This document shows positions 9,401 through 18,266 of a DNA stretch of 64,000 nt, in pieces. Origin of the DNA: Anaerolineae bacterium (GTDB lineage Bacteria; Chloroflexota; Anaerolineae; Epilineales; JAHCIE01). The position numbers and the translations under genes are program-made. How positions within the stretch are numbered: position 1 is the first letter of the stretch; every line of letters starts with the position of its first letter. The notes beneath the pieces are model-generated. The model ran no database searches. It had not been told where the DNA came from and was given only the letters and a program-made list of their open reading frames with translations. The DNA is taken from positions 5,689 through 69,688 of the forward strand of contig JBDHWG010000024.1 of NCBI GenBank assembly GCA_039810085.1. Reading direction: 5' to 3'.

Positions 9401-9645
9401 GTCATTGCGAGCGAGAGCGAAGCAATCTCCCGCCCTTGCGACGGATGGTCTGAGCGGTTATAGCGTGACTGTCACCCGCCGCGAGATTGCTTCGGCGGCA
9501 AAGGCCGCCTCGCAATGACGCACATTCTGTCATTGCGAGTACAGCGAAGCAATCTCCCGCCCTTGCGACAGATGGTCTGGCGGTTATAGCGTGACTGTCA
9601 CCCGCCGCGAGATTGCTTCGGCGGCAAAGGCGGCCTTGCAATGAC
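9401..9645. repeat. two tandem ~118-bp MITE-like elements (GTCATTGCGAG...CGAAGCAATCTC...GAGATTGCTTCG...CTCGCAATGAC)
   Basis: element 1 9401-9518, element 2 9528-9645, about 90% identical, nested inverted repeats; between convergent genes. Confidence 0.8.
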
Positions 9646-9655
9646 CGTTCCAAAA

Positions 9656-10615
9656 CTACGCGAACGAGAATTCCTTTCCGACGCCACGCTGCCGCGCCGA
9701 TTCGTAGGCCCAGCGTATGAGCGGCGCGTCCCAGGCAAAGACCCCGAACTGGCTGTACAACAGCGTCTCGTCCGACCTCCGGCGCACCGGCGCACCGCGC
9801 AGCACGTCGGCCAGGAAGAGCACGTCGGGGGGGAGACCTTCGTCCCCGCGTCGTGGTGGCCACGGCTCCCAGCCGGTCGGTCGCGCTTCGGGCTGAAAGC
9901 GGTCGGGCAGCACGAGGCGGGCCTGCAGGTCGTAAGGCACAATGCCCCAGGCGATGCTGGTGACGATTGCGCCCGGCCGAACTGCGGACGCCTCGAATAG
10001 TGGGCGGCCGCCTGCCGAGGCGCCGATAATTACATCCGCGCCCTCGACTGCGTGCCGCGCCTCGTCGACGGCGCGCACGAGTAGCGCCTCCGTCGTCATC
10101 TCCCGAGCGAACCGCTCACGATTAGCCGGCGTGCGGCTGTGGACGCGGACTTCGGTCAGATCAGGCATCGCCACGCGCAGGGCGCGCAGAAACATCGTCG
10201 CCTCCTTCCCGCTGCCCAGCATGGCGGCGGTCCGAGCGTCCTCCGGCGCCAGCGCGGCTGTTGCGACAGCCGCCACGCCGGAGGTGCGCCAGGATCCCAG
10301 GTCGTGCAGGTCCATAATCGCCGCGACCCGCCCGTCCTGGTCGAACAGCATGGCGAGCGAGTCTCCCGACTGCGCTGTGGGTCCAACCGGCGGCGCGAAC
10401 GCCCGCACCGACGTGCCCGACGGCGAGGCCAGCAGATTCACGTGGACACGCGCCTCTTTGGAGGTCCCCAGCGGGTAGGCCAGCCACGACTGGTGCTCGT
10501 CCGGCTCCTGGACGGAATTCCGCAGCGCCTCACGAATCACGTCGAAGCTGGCGCGGATCGAGTCCGGGTCGGTGAACAACGGGGCGAGGTCTGAGTGGGT
10601 TAGCAGTAGGGTCAT
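9656..10615 (-). CDS. ornithine cyclodeaminase/mu-crystallin family protein (putative)
   Basis: Rossmann-like LGSGKEA and overall OCD-family length/pattern; assignment by motif resemblance only. Confidence 0.5.
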   Translation of the reverse strand: MTLLLTHSDLAPLFTDPDSIRASFDVIREALRNSVQEPDEHQSWLAYPLGTSKEARVHVNLLASPSGTSVRAFAPPVGPTAQSGDSLAMLFDQDGRVAAIMDLHDLGSWRTSGVAAVATAALAPEDARTAAMLGSGKEATMFLRALRVAMPDLTEVRVHSRTPANRERFAREMTTEALLVRAVDEARHAVEGADVIIGASAGGRPLFEASAVRPGAIVTSIAWGIVPYDLQARLVLPDRFQPEARPTGWEPWPPRRGDEGLPPDVLFLADVLRGAPVRRRSDETLLYSQFGVFAWDAPLIRWAYESARQRGVGKEFSFA

Positions 10616-10638
10616 GCAGCCTCCTGCCCAGGAATGGG

Positions 10639-11544
10639 TTACCCGGAAATAGCGGCCTCGACGAGGCGACGCGCGTCGTCGGCGTTCTCGATGGGCGCTA
10701 GACCGGTGCGAACCTCCCAGATCTCCTGGTGGTAGGCGCTCTGCCCCGGCTCCAGGCGCACCATCGGTCCCAGCGTCTCCAGTTCAACAAACTGGTCGTT
10801 GCAGTAGACCTCGGTGTTGCAGCCGAAGTCCGCGTGGATGCTTTCCGGCTGTGGCGTGAAGTGCTTGACGAACAGCACGTTGTCGATGGCATAGGCCAGC
10901 CAGCCGCGCCGGTTCAGATAGCCCACCTTGAACGGCGGCAGGGCCGCCTCCGCGCGCAACACGAGCATCTGGTCGTCGGGGAAGAAGCGCGGGTCGGCCA
11001 GGCGCGTGTAAGGCCAGAGGACGAGCTGGCGGTTAGGCAGAAGACCGACGCCGTCCAGCGCCCACTTGGTTTGGGGCAGGACGACCCACCCGCCCAGGCG
11101 CATCTGGGTGATGGCCCACGGCGCAAGCTCGACCGGCCACGGACCGTCGTTGGTCAGCGTGTGGTTGAGGGTAAGCGAGGGCGCGTCCGGCGTCAGACGC
11201 AGCTCGATGGTCTTGCGGATACCCGTGACGGACTCGGGCGGCTGGATCAACCGCACGCCGTGGGCCAGGTTCTCGACGCGGAAGCCGACGTGGTCGGGCA
11301 TGTAGGTGCGGGGCATCGCTTCGGGCGAGTGCCACAGACGGTGGCCGCCGCGGAAGAAGTAGTCACCGTGAGGCGTTCCCACCTTCATGTCGGGCATTTC
11401 CGCCAGAAGATTCTGGTTCGAGTCGCCGACGAAGAGGCGCACGATGCGGGGACCGTCTTGCGTCAAGAACTCGACGCGCAGCTTCCCGTTGTCGAGGGCG
11501 CGGGTGGGCAGGCCGTAGAAATCGAGACTTGTGGTTGTGGTCAT
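10639..11544 (-). CDS. conserved hypothetical protein co-transcribed with xylAB (possible mutarotase-like beta-sandwich)
   Basis: 301 aa; start overlaps xylB stop (ATGA); motifs HGDYFFRGGHRLW and LTLNHTLTNDG weakly resemble aldose-1-epimerase. Confidence 0.5.
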   Translation of the reverse strand: MTTTTSLDFYGLPTRALDNGKLRVEFLTQDGPRIVRLFVGDSNQNLLAEMPDMKVGTPHGDYFFRGGHRLWHSPEAMPRTYMPDHVGFRVENLAHGVRLIQPPESVTGIRKTIELRLTPDAPSLTLNHTLTNDGPWPVELAPWAITQMRLGGWVVLPQTKWALDGVGLLPNRQLVLWPYTRLADPRFFPDDQMLVLRAEAALPPFKVGYLNRRGWLAYAIDNVLFVKHFTPQPESIHADFGCNTEVYCNDQFVELETLGPMVRLEPGQSAYHQEIWEVRTGLAPIENADDARRLVEAAISG

Positions 11545-13034
11545 GCTGCTACTCCGTGGAATGTGGGCTTGAGAGCCGTGTAGAGGCCGTGATAGACGGG
11601 ATACTGAGCGCGGTAGACCTCGGCCTGTTCCGCATCCGGGTGGTCCTCACCCATGACCAGAACGGTTTGGGCAGCCGCCGTCGGTACATCCGGCCAGACA
11701 CCCGCGCCGACCCCGGCCAGCAGGGCGGCGCCGAGGGCCGTTCCCTCGGTCGTGTTGACCGTAGCAAGGGGAGTGCCGAGGACGCTGGCGAGAATTTGCC
11801 GCCAGAGGGCGCTGCGAGCGCCGCCACCCGACACACGCACCCCTTCGATGGGCGGGAGGCCCGCGCCGGCCATCAGCTCGAAGCCATCCTTCAGCCCGTA
11901 GGCTACTCCCTCCAAGACGGCGCGGGTCAGGTGGCCGCGGCCGTGGCGCACCGTCAGCCCTACCCACGCGCCGCGCGCTAGGGGGTCGGGGTAGGGCATG
12001 CGCTCGCCGGTGAGATAGGGGAGGAACAGCAGGCCCTCCGCCCCGGCCGGGGCATTGGCAGCCTCAGCGAGCAGCGCGTCGAAGCTCATGTCCGGCGCAA
12101 CCGTATCGTGGTGCCACTGTAGGCTGCCCGCTGCCGACAGCATGACGCCCATGAGGTGCCACATGCGCGGCACAGCGTGGCAGAAGGCGTGCAGCCGCCC
12201 CTGCGCCTCGACGCGGTACTCCTGGGACGCCGCGAAGACGACGCCAGAGGTCCCCAACGTCATGGAGACAAGGCCCTCGCGGACGATGCCGTTGCCGACC
12301 GCCGCCGCCGCCTGGTCGCCCGCGCCGCCGACGATGGGCGTCCCGGCCAGCAGGCCCGTCGCCTGGGCGGCCGCTGCGCTGACGCGGCTGCTCACCACAG
12401 GCGACTCGGTCACCTCGGGCAGCCAGGCGCCGGGAATGTCGAGCGCCTGGAGAATCTCGTCTGACCATTGGCGCTCGCGCACGTTGAGCAATGACGTGCC
12501 GGACGCATCGGAGACGTCGCTGAAGAACTCGCCGCTCAAGCAGAAGCGCACGTAGTCCTTGGGCAGAAGGATGTGAGCAATGCGGGCGTAGTTGTCCGGC
12601 TCGTTCTCCCGCGTCCAGACAATCTTGGGCGCGGTGAAGCCGGTCAGAACCGGGTTGCCGGTAATCTCCAGCACGCGCTCGGCCCCGACAATCTCGGTGA
12701 TCTCGGCGCACTGGCGCGCCGTGCGCTGGTCGTTCCAGAGGATGCAGGGGCGGATGACCCCATTCTGCCGGTCCAGCAGCACCATGCCGTGCATCTGCCC
12801 CGTCAGGCCAACAGCGGCCACGTCCGGGCCGCGAGCCTGTGCCTGGTCCAGCGCGGCACGGATGCTCTTCACTGTCGCGCCCCAAAAGAGGGTTGGGCTT
12901 TGCTCAGTCCAGCCGGGGCGCGGCGTCTCGAAGCCGTAGCCCGCCGAGGCCACGGCGACGACGTTGCCGTCGGTGTCGATGAGAAGCGCCTTGGTCGCGG
13001 TGGTGGACGTGTCGATGCCGAGCAGGTAAGGCAT
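11541..13034 (-). CDS. xylB: xylulokinase
   Basis: FGGY kinase motifs (LGIDTSTTATKALL, GTSGV, GGGARS); start at MPYLLGID with AGAGGG SD; 5' ORF extension is Arg/Pro-rich artefact. Confidence 0.85.
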   Translation of the reverse strand: MPYLLGIDTSTTATKALLIDTDGNVVAVASAGYGFETPRPGWTEQSPTLFWGATVKSIRAALDQAQARGPDVAAVGLTGQMHGMVLLDRQNGVIRPCILWNDQRTARQCAEITEIVGAERVLEITGNPVLTGFTAPKIVWTRENEPDNYARIAHILLPKDYVRFCLSGEFFSDVSDASGTSLLNVRERQWSDEILQALDIPGAWLPEVTESPVVSSRVSAAAAQATGLLAGTPIVGGAGDQAAAAVGNGIVREGLVSMTLGTSGVVFAASQEYRVEAQGRLHAFCHAVPRMWHLMGVMLSAAGSLQWHHDTVAPDMSFDALLAEAANAPAGAEGLLFLPYLTGERMPYPDPLARGAWVGLTVRHGRGHLTRAVLEGVAYGLKDGFELMAGAGLPPIEGVRVSGGGARSALWRQILASVLGTPLATVNTTEGTALGAALLAGVGAGVWPDVPTAAAQTVLVMGEDHPDAEQAEVYRAQYPVYHGLYTALKPTFHGVAA

Positions 13035-13042
13035 AGGACCCT

Positions 13043-14212
13043 CTAACGCACACCCAGCAGCAGCTCGATGGTAAGCTGGTCGAGGCGCTCGTAGCCCAGG
13101 CCGCGCCGGCCGAGCGCGACCCGGTCGAACGTGCGCGCCTTGAGCGCCTGCGCCCTGTCGCGGCTGTAGCGGCCGGGGTACTGCGCCATCGCCGGGTCGC
13201 CGGCGTTTATCTCGGCCAACAGGGCCTGAATCTCCGCGTCGGCGTTGAACCGCGCCGCCTTCTCCTTGAGGATGAGGTACGTCCGCATGCAGCCGCGCGC
13301 GAAGTCCTTCACCCCCTCGTAGTCCTCGGTACGGTAGGCGTGGGCGTCGAAGTGGCGCGAGCCGCTGTAGCCGACATCCTCCAGGAACTTGACCAGAAAA
13401 AAGTTCTGCTTGATGTTCTGGGACGCGAAGCGGAAGTCCTGGTCGTAGCGCGCGTAGTTCTGGTCGTTGAGGTCGATGTGGAACAGCTTCCCCGCGTCCC
13501 ACGCCTGGGCCACGTTATGGAGGAAATTCAGCCCGGCCATCTGCTCGTGGGCCACCTCCGGGTTCACGCCGACCATCTGGGGGTGGTCCAACGTGGCGAT
13601 GAAAGCAAGCATGTGGCCCGTAGTCGCCAGGTAGAGGTCGCCGCGCGGCTCGTTGGGCTTGGCCTCCAGGGCAAACTTCAGGTCGTAGCCGTTGTCGATG
13701 GCGTACTCACACAGGAAGTTCAGCGCCTCACGGAAGCGCTTCGTCGCGTCGAGGGGGTTCTTGCTGGCGTCACTCTCCGTGCCCTCGCGCCCGCCCCAGA
13801 ACACGTAAATCTTCGCGCCTAGCTCAACGCCTAGGTCGATGGCGCGCATCGTCTTTTGGAGGGCGTAGGCCCGTACCGTGGGATCATTGGACGTAAACGC
13901 GCCGTCCTTGAACGCCGGGTCGGTGAACAGGTTGGTTGTCGCCATCGGGACGACAAGCCCTGTTTCATTCAGCGCCTTCTTGAAGTCGGCGACGATGCGG
14001 TCGCGCTCGCTCGGCGTCGCGGTGATGGGGACGAGGTCGTTGTCGTGGAAGTTGACACCATAAGCGCCGACGTCGGCGAGCAGGTGGACAAGCTCGACCG
14101 GCGCGAGGGGCTGGCGCACCGGCTCACCAAACGGATCGCGGCCGGTGTTGCCCACGGTCCAGAGGCCAAACGTAAACTTGTCTTCGGGTTTCGGCTGATA
14201 AGCGTCGGACAT
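13043..14212 (-). CDS. xylA: xylose isomerase (class I, actinobacterial type)
   Basis: [14 protein letters not shown], metal-binding HxD/E motifs; start MSDAYQP with GGAGA SD 8 nt upstream. Confidence 0.9.
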   Translation of the reverse strand: MSDAYQPKPEDKFTFGLWTVGNTGRDPFGEPVRQPLAPVELVHLLADVGAYGVNFHDNDLVPITATPSERDRIVADFKKALNETGLVVPMATTNLFTDPAFKDGAFTSNDPTVRAYALQKTMRAIDLGVELGAKIYVFWGGREGTESDASKNPLDATKRFREALNFLCEYAIDNGYDLKFALEAKPNEPRGDLYLATTGHMLAFIATLDHPQMVGVNPEVAHEQMAGLNFLHNVAQAWDAGKLFHIDLNDQNYARYDQDFRFASQNIKQNFFLVKFLEDVGYSGSRHFDAHAYRTEDYEGVKDFARGCMRTYLILKEKAARFNADAEIQALLAEINAGDPAMAQYPGRYSRDRAQALKARTFDRVALGRRGLGYERLDQLTIELLLGVR

Positions 14213-14361
14213 AGGGATCTCCAAGAAACAGGATTTCTGAGGAGATGATACACCAGCGCGGGGCATTCGTCCATACGCAATGACCTAGCGCCCAGCGCCC
14301 GCGCTATGGCGGACAGCCAGGCGCTCAATATAATGGGCAGTAGCGGTCGATTTTGTTCGTT

Positions 14362-14387
14362 GAAAGTTTCACCGTGGTGAAACTTTC
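14362..14387. promoter_or_regulatory. perfect 12-2-12 palindrome GAAAGTTTCACC-GT-GGTGAAACTTTC in xylA/divergent-gene intergenic region; candidate operator
   Basis: exact inverted repeat 150 bp upstream of xylA start, 118 bp upstream of divergent gene. Confidence 0.4.
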
Positions 14388-14504
14388 GCGCAGGGTTCGT
14401 CGTGGTAGTAGGTAGAACCTGGCGTCCCGCCGGGCGGTGGTTTGGCTTGCCTGCCAGCGGCGGGCGAGCAGACATGAGTCGGTACTTGCCTGGAAAGGAA
14501 GACT

Positions 14505-15623
14505 ATGAGGCGAGCACACGCAGTACGCATCCTGGGCGTCGTCCTGGGCATCCTGTTGCTGTCGCTGGCGGTCATGCCGGCGTGGGCCAATCCGGCCGAA
14601 GACGAGACCATGCCCAACGCCGTCACGCCGAAGCCTGCGCCAGCGGCGTACTCCTTGGGACAGCTCAAACACAGCGTTCAGACGCTCAACAACTGCGGCC
14701 CGGCGTCCGTCGTCGCCGTGCTGGACTACTACGGCTTCAACGTCTCACAAGGGGAAGCGCGGCAGGTGCTGCGCCCGTACTCCGACAGCCGGGGGATGGG
14801 CTGGCAGGTGATCGCGCCCTACGTCGCCAAGTTCGGCCTGGAAACGAAGGCGCGCATTAACGGCAACAACGACGTCATCAAGCAGCTCGTCGCGAACGAC
14901 ATCCCGGTCATCGTGCTGCAAAACGTGAGCGAGAGCTATCGCGTCGGCCACTATCGTGTCGTGCAGGGCTACAACGACAAGGCCGGCGTCTTTTATGTCG
15001 ACGACTCCCTGCTCGGCCCGAATATCGCCATCTCCTACGATAGCTTCGACGCGCGCTGGGAGGGCCTGAGCTACAGCTGGAACCCCTACATCCCCATCTA
15101 CCGCCCGGACCAGGCGCCCCTCGTGGCAGCCATCCTCGGCCCGGACTACACCGATGTCGGCATGTACAGCCGTGTCCTGCCCGACCTGCGCGCCGCCGTC
15201 AACACCAACCCGAACGACCGCATGGCATGGAGCCGGCTGGTCGAGGCGCTCGCCGGAGCCGAACGCTGGCAGGAAGCGTTGACGACATTGGACAACATGC
15301 CCAGCATGGGGCGCGGCGGTTTCGGCGGCTATGGCGACCGAAGCTTTGGCGGCTCGTCCAACAGCGCCCTGCGGCTCAAGCTGCTGAACAAGCTTGGCCG
15401 CTACCAGGAGGCGCTGGACGGCGCAGAGACGGCGCTGGCGCGCAGCAGCGGCAACGGCTTCGGCTTTGGAGGCTCCGGAACGGCGGCGCTCTGGCTGCAA
15501 AAGGCGGAGGCGCTGCGCGGGCTGGGGCAGATCGACGACGCGCGCGCCGCCTATCAGCAGGCGCTGAAGCTGGACAAGTCGCTGGTCGAGGCGGCGGACC
15601 GCCTGGCCTCGCTGGGTAATTAA
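14505..15623 (+). CDS. secreted peptidase C39-like domain protein with Gly-rich segment and C-terminal TPR repeats
   Basis: signal peptide; NNCGPASVVAVL (Cys) and HYRVV (His) as in C39/papain-like; TPR-like C-terminus. Confidence 0.55.
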   Translation: MRRAHAVRILGVVLGILLLSLAVMPAWANPAEDETMPNAVTPKPAPAAYSLGQLKHSVQTLNNCGPASVVAVLDYYGFNVSQGEARQVLRPYSDSRGMGWQVIAPYVAKFGLETKARINGNNDVIKQLVANDIPVIVLQNVSESYRVGHYRVVQGYNDKAGVFYVDDSLLGPNIAISYDSFDARWEGLSYSWNPYIPIYRPDQAPLVAAILGPDYTDVGMYSRVLPDLRAAVNTNPNDRMAWSRLVEALAGAERWQEALTTLDNMPSMGRGGFGGYGDRSFGGSSNSALRLKLLNKLGRYQEALDGAETALARSSGNGFGFGGSGTAALWLQKAEALRGLGQIDDARAAYQQALKLDKSLVEAADRLASLGN

Positions 15624-15752
15624 GGCCGCTACACTCCTACTCCATTCACAGTACACAGTCGTAAGCGTGACTTCCGCCGTCGTTCACATCGAAGCGGCGG
15701 AAGTCATGCCTGCGAATTGTCACGCTCATGACAGACTTATGGGAGATACGCT

Positions 15753-16556
15753 TTGAGTGACGTACAGGGAAGGACACCAGGACGTTCGTGGGGTTGTTTG
15801 ACAAGTGGGTTGATAGGCCTGGTGATTGGCGGGCTGATTGTGTTGTTGGGAACCGTGTTTGTGGGGATGCCGCTGGCGCTCGGCCACCGCAACGACTTGC
15901 CCCTGGAAAGGCTGTACGGTGATCTCGCTGTCGGGATCGCGTCGCGGTCGGCGACGGGCTTGCAGAATCCGGTCGCCTCGAACAATCGGGCGTTGGAGGC
16001 GGGGCGCAACGCATACACCGGCTCGTGCGCCGTGTGTCACGGCGCCAATGGTGACGGTCAGGGGACATTTGGCCTCGGTCTGTATCCACCGGCATCAGAT
16101 TTGCGCGCCCACGATACGCAGGAGAAGACCGACGGGCAGTTGTTCTGGATCATCAAGAATGGTCTGAGCTTCGCCGGCATGCCTGCCTTCGGCGACAAGT
16201 ATGATGACCAGACGATCTGGGCAATGGTCGCGTACACACGCGCCCTCGGGAACGGCAAGGCCGGGCCGGCCGCACAGATCCCCGCGCCTACGCCGGAGCA
16301 GCTCGCCGTCGCCAACCCGGCTGGCGACGCGGTGGGGCGCGGTGCGGCGGTGTACTTTGCCCAGGGCTGTCAGTCGTGTCACGGGGCAGTCGGCAATGCG
16401 CCGGGCGAGTTAGGGCTGCGGAATACCCGCGAAGCGCAAGAGGCTGTGCGCCAGGGCCGCCAGGGCATGCCGCATTACGACCAGAACTACATCTCGGACG
16501 CCCAGCTCACCGATCTCGTCGCCTACATCAACACCTTCGCGGGTCAACGACGGTAG
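15753..16556 (+). CDS. membrane-anchored dihaem c-type cytochrome
   Basis: two CxxCH motifs (CAVCH, CQSCH); N-terminal TM helix. Confidence 0.8.
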   Translation: MSDVQGRTPGRSWGCLTSGLIGLVIGGLIVLLGTVFVGMPLALGHRNDLPLERLYGDLAVGIASRSATGLQNPVASNNRALEAGRNAYTGSCAVCHGANGDGQGTFGLGLYPPASDLRAHDTQEKTDGQLFWIIKNGLSFAGMPAFGDKYDDQTIWAMVAYTRALGNGKAGPAAQIPAPTPEQLAVANPAGDAVGRGAAVYFAQGCQSCHGAVGNAPGELGLRNTREAQEAVRQGRQGMPHYDQNYISDAQLTDLVAYINTFAGQRR

Positions 16557-16601
16557 GAGAGCACACAGTATCTCATGGATGCTGAGGCCCTACCAGCGCA
16601 T

Positions 16602-16638
16602 CAGTTCATCAAAGCTCCACTACAGCGCGGCAGTGGAG
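16602..16638 (+). terminator. Rho-independent terminator after cytochrome c gene
   Basis: 11-bp stem AAAGCTCCACT/AGTGGAGCTTT followed by TGCTTG. Confidence 0.5.
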
Positions 16639-16723
16639 CTTTTGCTTGCACGAAGGGCTTACTGGCATCACTTTTGCTTTGTCTTGTTGAGAGTTAGTTT
16701 GTGATAGGAAAAGGAAGTGTCCA

Positions 16724-18076
16724 ATGAACAAACAAGTGACTTATAAGAGTTCAACGACCCCGTGGCGAAACGTTCTCATCGTCCTCTTCACGATGGCGCT
16801 GATGCTCGTCGCTACAGCGTGTGACACGGCCCAGACGAGCCAAAACCAGAGCGCCCCTTCCTCCAGCTCATCCACGACATCGACCAGTGGACAATCGGCT
16901 AATAACACCTCATCATCCGCCTCCACATCCAATAGCGGCCAGACCACATCGACGAACAGCGCATCGGCCCCCGCGTCTACCACGGGGCAGAATACCTCCA
17001 CCAACACCACATCCGCTTCTAACAACGGGCAGAACACTGCGGCGACAAGCAGCCAGCCCGCATCAGGAAACCAAAACAGCGCCGCTCCTGTCTCCGCCGG
17101 CGATTTCTCAACGGCGGTGCGCCGCGTCACTGACCAGGTACGGCCCGCCGTTGTCCAGATTACCAACGAGCAGACGCAGGTAGACCAGACTAACCAGGCG
17201 CTCAGCGTTCCGGCCGGCGTTGGCTCCGGCGTCATCTACGACAACCAGGGCCACATCCTCACCAACAACCACGTCATCGCCGGCGCGCAGCAGCTCCTCG
17301 TCTCCCTGCCCGACGGGCGGTCGTTCCCGGCCAAGCTCGTCGGCGCCGACCCGCAGACGGACCTGGCCGTCGTCCAGATTAGCGGCGACAATCTGCCCGT
17401 GGCGCAGTTGGGCGACTCAAAGCAGCTCGGCGTTGGCGACTGGGTTGTCGCGATTGGCAACGCCCTGGCCCTCGAAGGCGGCCCCACCGTCACCGCTGGC
17501 GTGGTCAGCGCCATGGGGCGTACCATCCAGGAACCGGGCGATACGCCCGGCAGCGCCGGCCCGTTCCTGTTCGACGTCATTCAGACAAGCGCGCCCATCA
17601 ACCCCGGTAACTCCGGCGGTCCGCTCATCAACCTGAACGGCCAGGTCGTCGGCATCAACACGTTGGTCGCCGGGCAGAGCGAGCCGGGCGTTCCCGCCCA
17701 GGGCATTGGCTTCGCCATCGCCATCTCGACGGCCAAGCCCATCGCCGATCAGCTCGTCACCAACGGCCGCGCCGTCCATCCCTACGTCGGCATCATGTAC
17801 GCGCCGCTCAACCCGGCAATCGCCCGCCAGCTCAACACGCAGCAAACGCAAGGTGTCGTCATCCAGCAGGTCATGCCTGGCACACCGGCCGCCAGCGCCG
17901 GTTTGCGCTCGCGGGACGTTATCACGGGGGTGGACGGCAACACCATCAAGGGCGGCACAGACCTGGCCGAAGCGCTCAACGGCCACAAGCCCGGCGACAC
18001 GGTGACACTGACGGTGAACCGGGGCGGCCAGACGATGAACGTTCAGGTGAAGCTGGGCGAGATGCCGCAGTCGTAG
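16724..18076 (+). CDS. HtrA/DegP-family trypsin-like serine protease with PDZ domain and Ser/Thr-rich N-terminal region
   Basis: TNNHV (His), GNSGGPLIN (Ser) catalytic motifs; C-terminal PDZ; S/T-rich low-complexity after signal/anchor. Confidence 0.85.
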   Translation: MNKQVTYKSSTTPWRNVLIVLFTMALMLVATACDTAQTSQNQSAPSSSSSTTSTSGQSANNTSSSASTSNSGQTTSTNSASAPASTTGQNTSTNTTSASNNGQNTAATSSQPASGNQNSAAPVSAGDFSTAVRRVTDQVRPAVVQITNEQTQVDQTNQALSVPAGVGSGVIYDNQGHILTNNHVIAGAQQLLVSLPDGRSFPAKLVGADPQTDLAVVQISGDNLPVAQLGDSKQLGVGDWVVAIGNALALEGGPTVTAGVVSAMGRTIQEPGDTPGSAGPFLFDVIQTSAPINPGNSGGPLINLNGQVVGINTLVAGQSEPGVPAQGIGFAIAISTAKPIADQLVTNGRAVHPYVGIMYAPLNPAIARQLNTQQTQGVVIQQVMPGTPAASAGLRSRDVITGVDGNTIKGGTDLAEALNGHKPGDTVTLTVNRGGQTMNVQVKLGEMPQS

Positions 18077-18266
18077 CATTCTCTCGGCGCAAGCCTTTCC
18101 GCGAACTCGCAGGCCGCGGCACAAACGTGTCGGGGCCTGTTTGCGTTTCCGTCTGGAAACTGTAAAGGCCCTATGCGGGATATCAAATCAGCCAAATCGA
18201 CGATGACGCTGACCTCGTATTGGGTTATCATCGTACTGACTCACTATCGACGGAGGAAAAATCTGC

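Noticed and set aside
9401-9645. Possible CRISPR array
   Set aside because: Only two units, 118 bp long with internal inverted repeats and no spacers; MITE/REP-like, not CRISPR
13035-13502. 5' extension of xylB ORF to 653 aa
   Set aside because: Extension is Arg/Pro-rich without homology; internal ATG at 13034 has an SD and gives a canonical FGGY N-terminus
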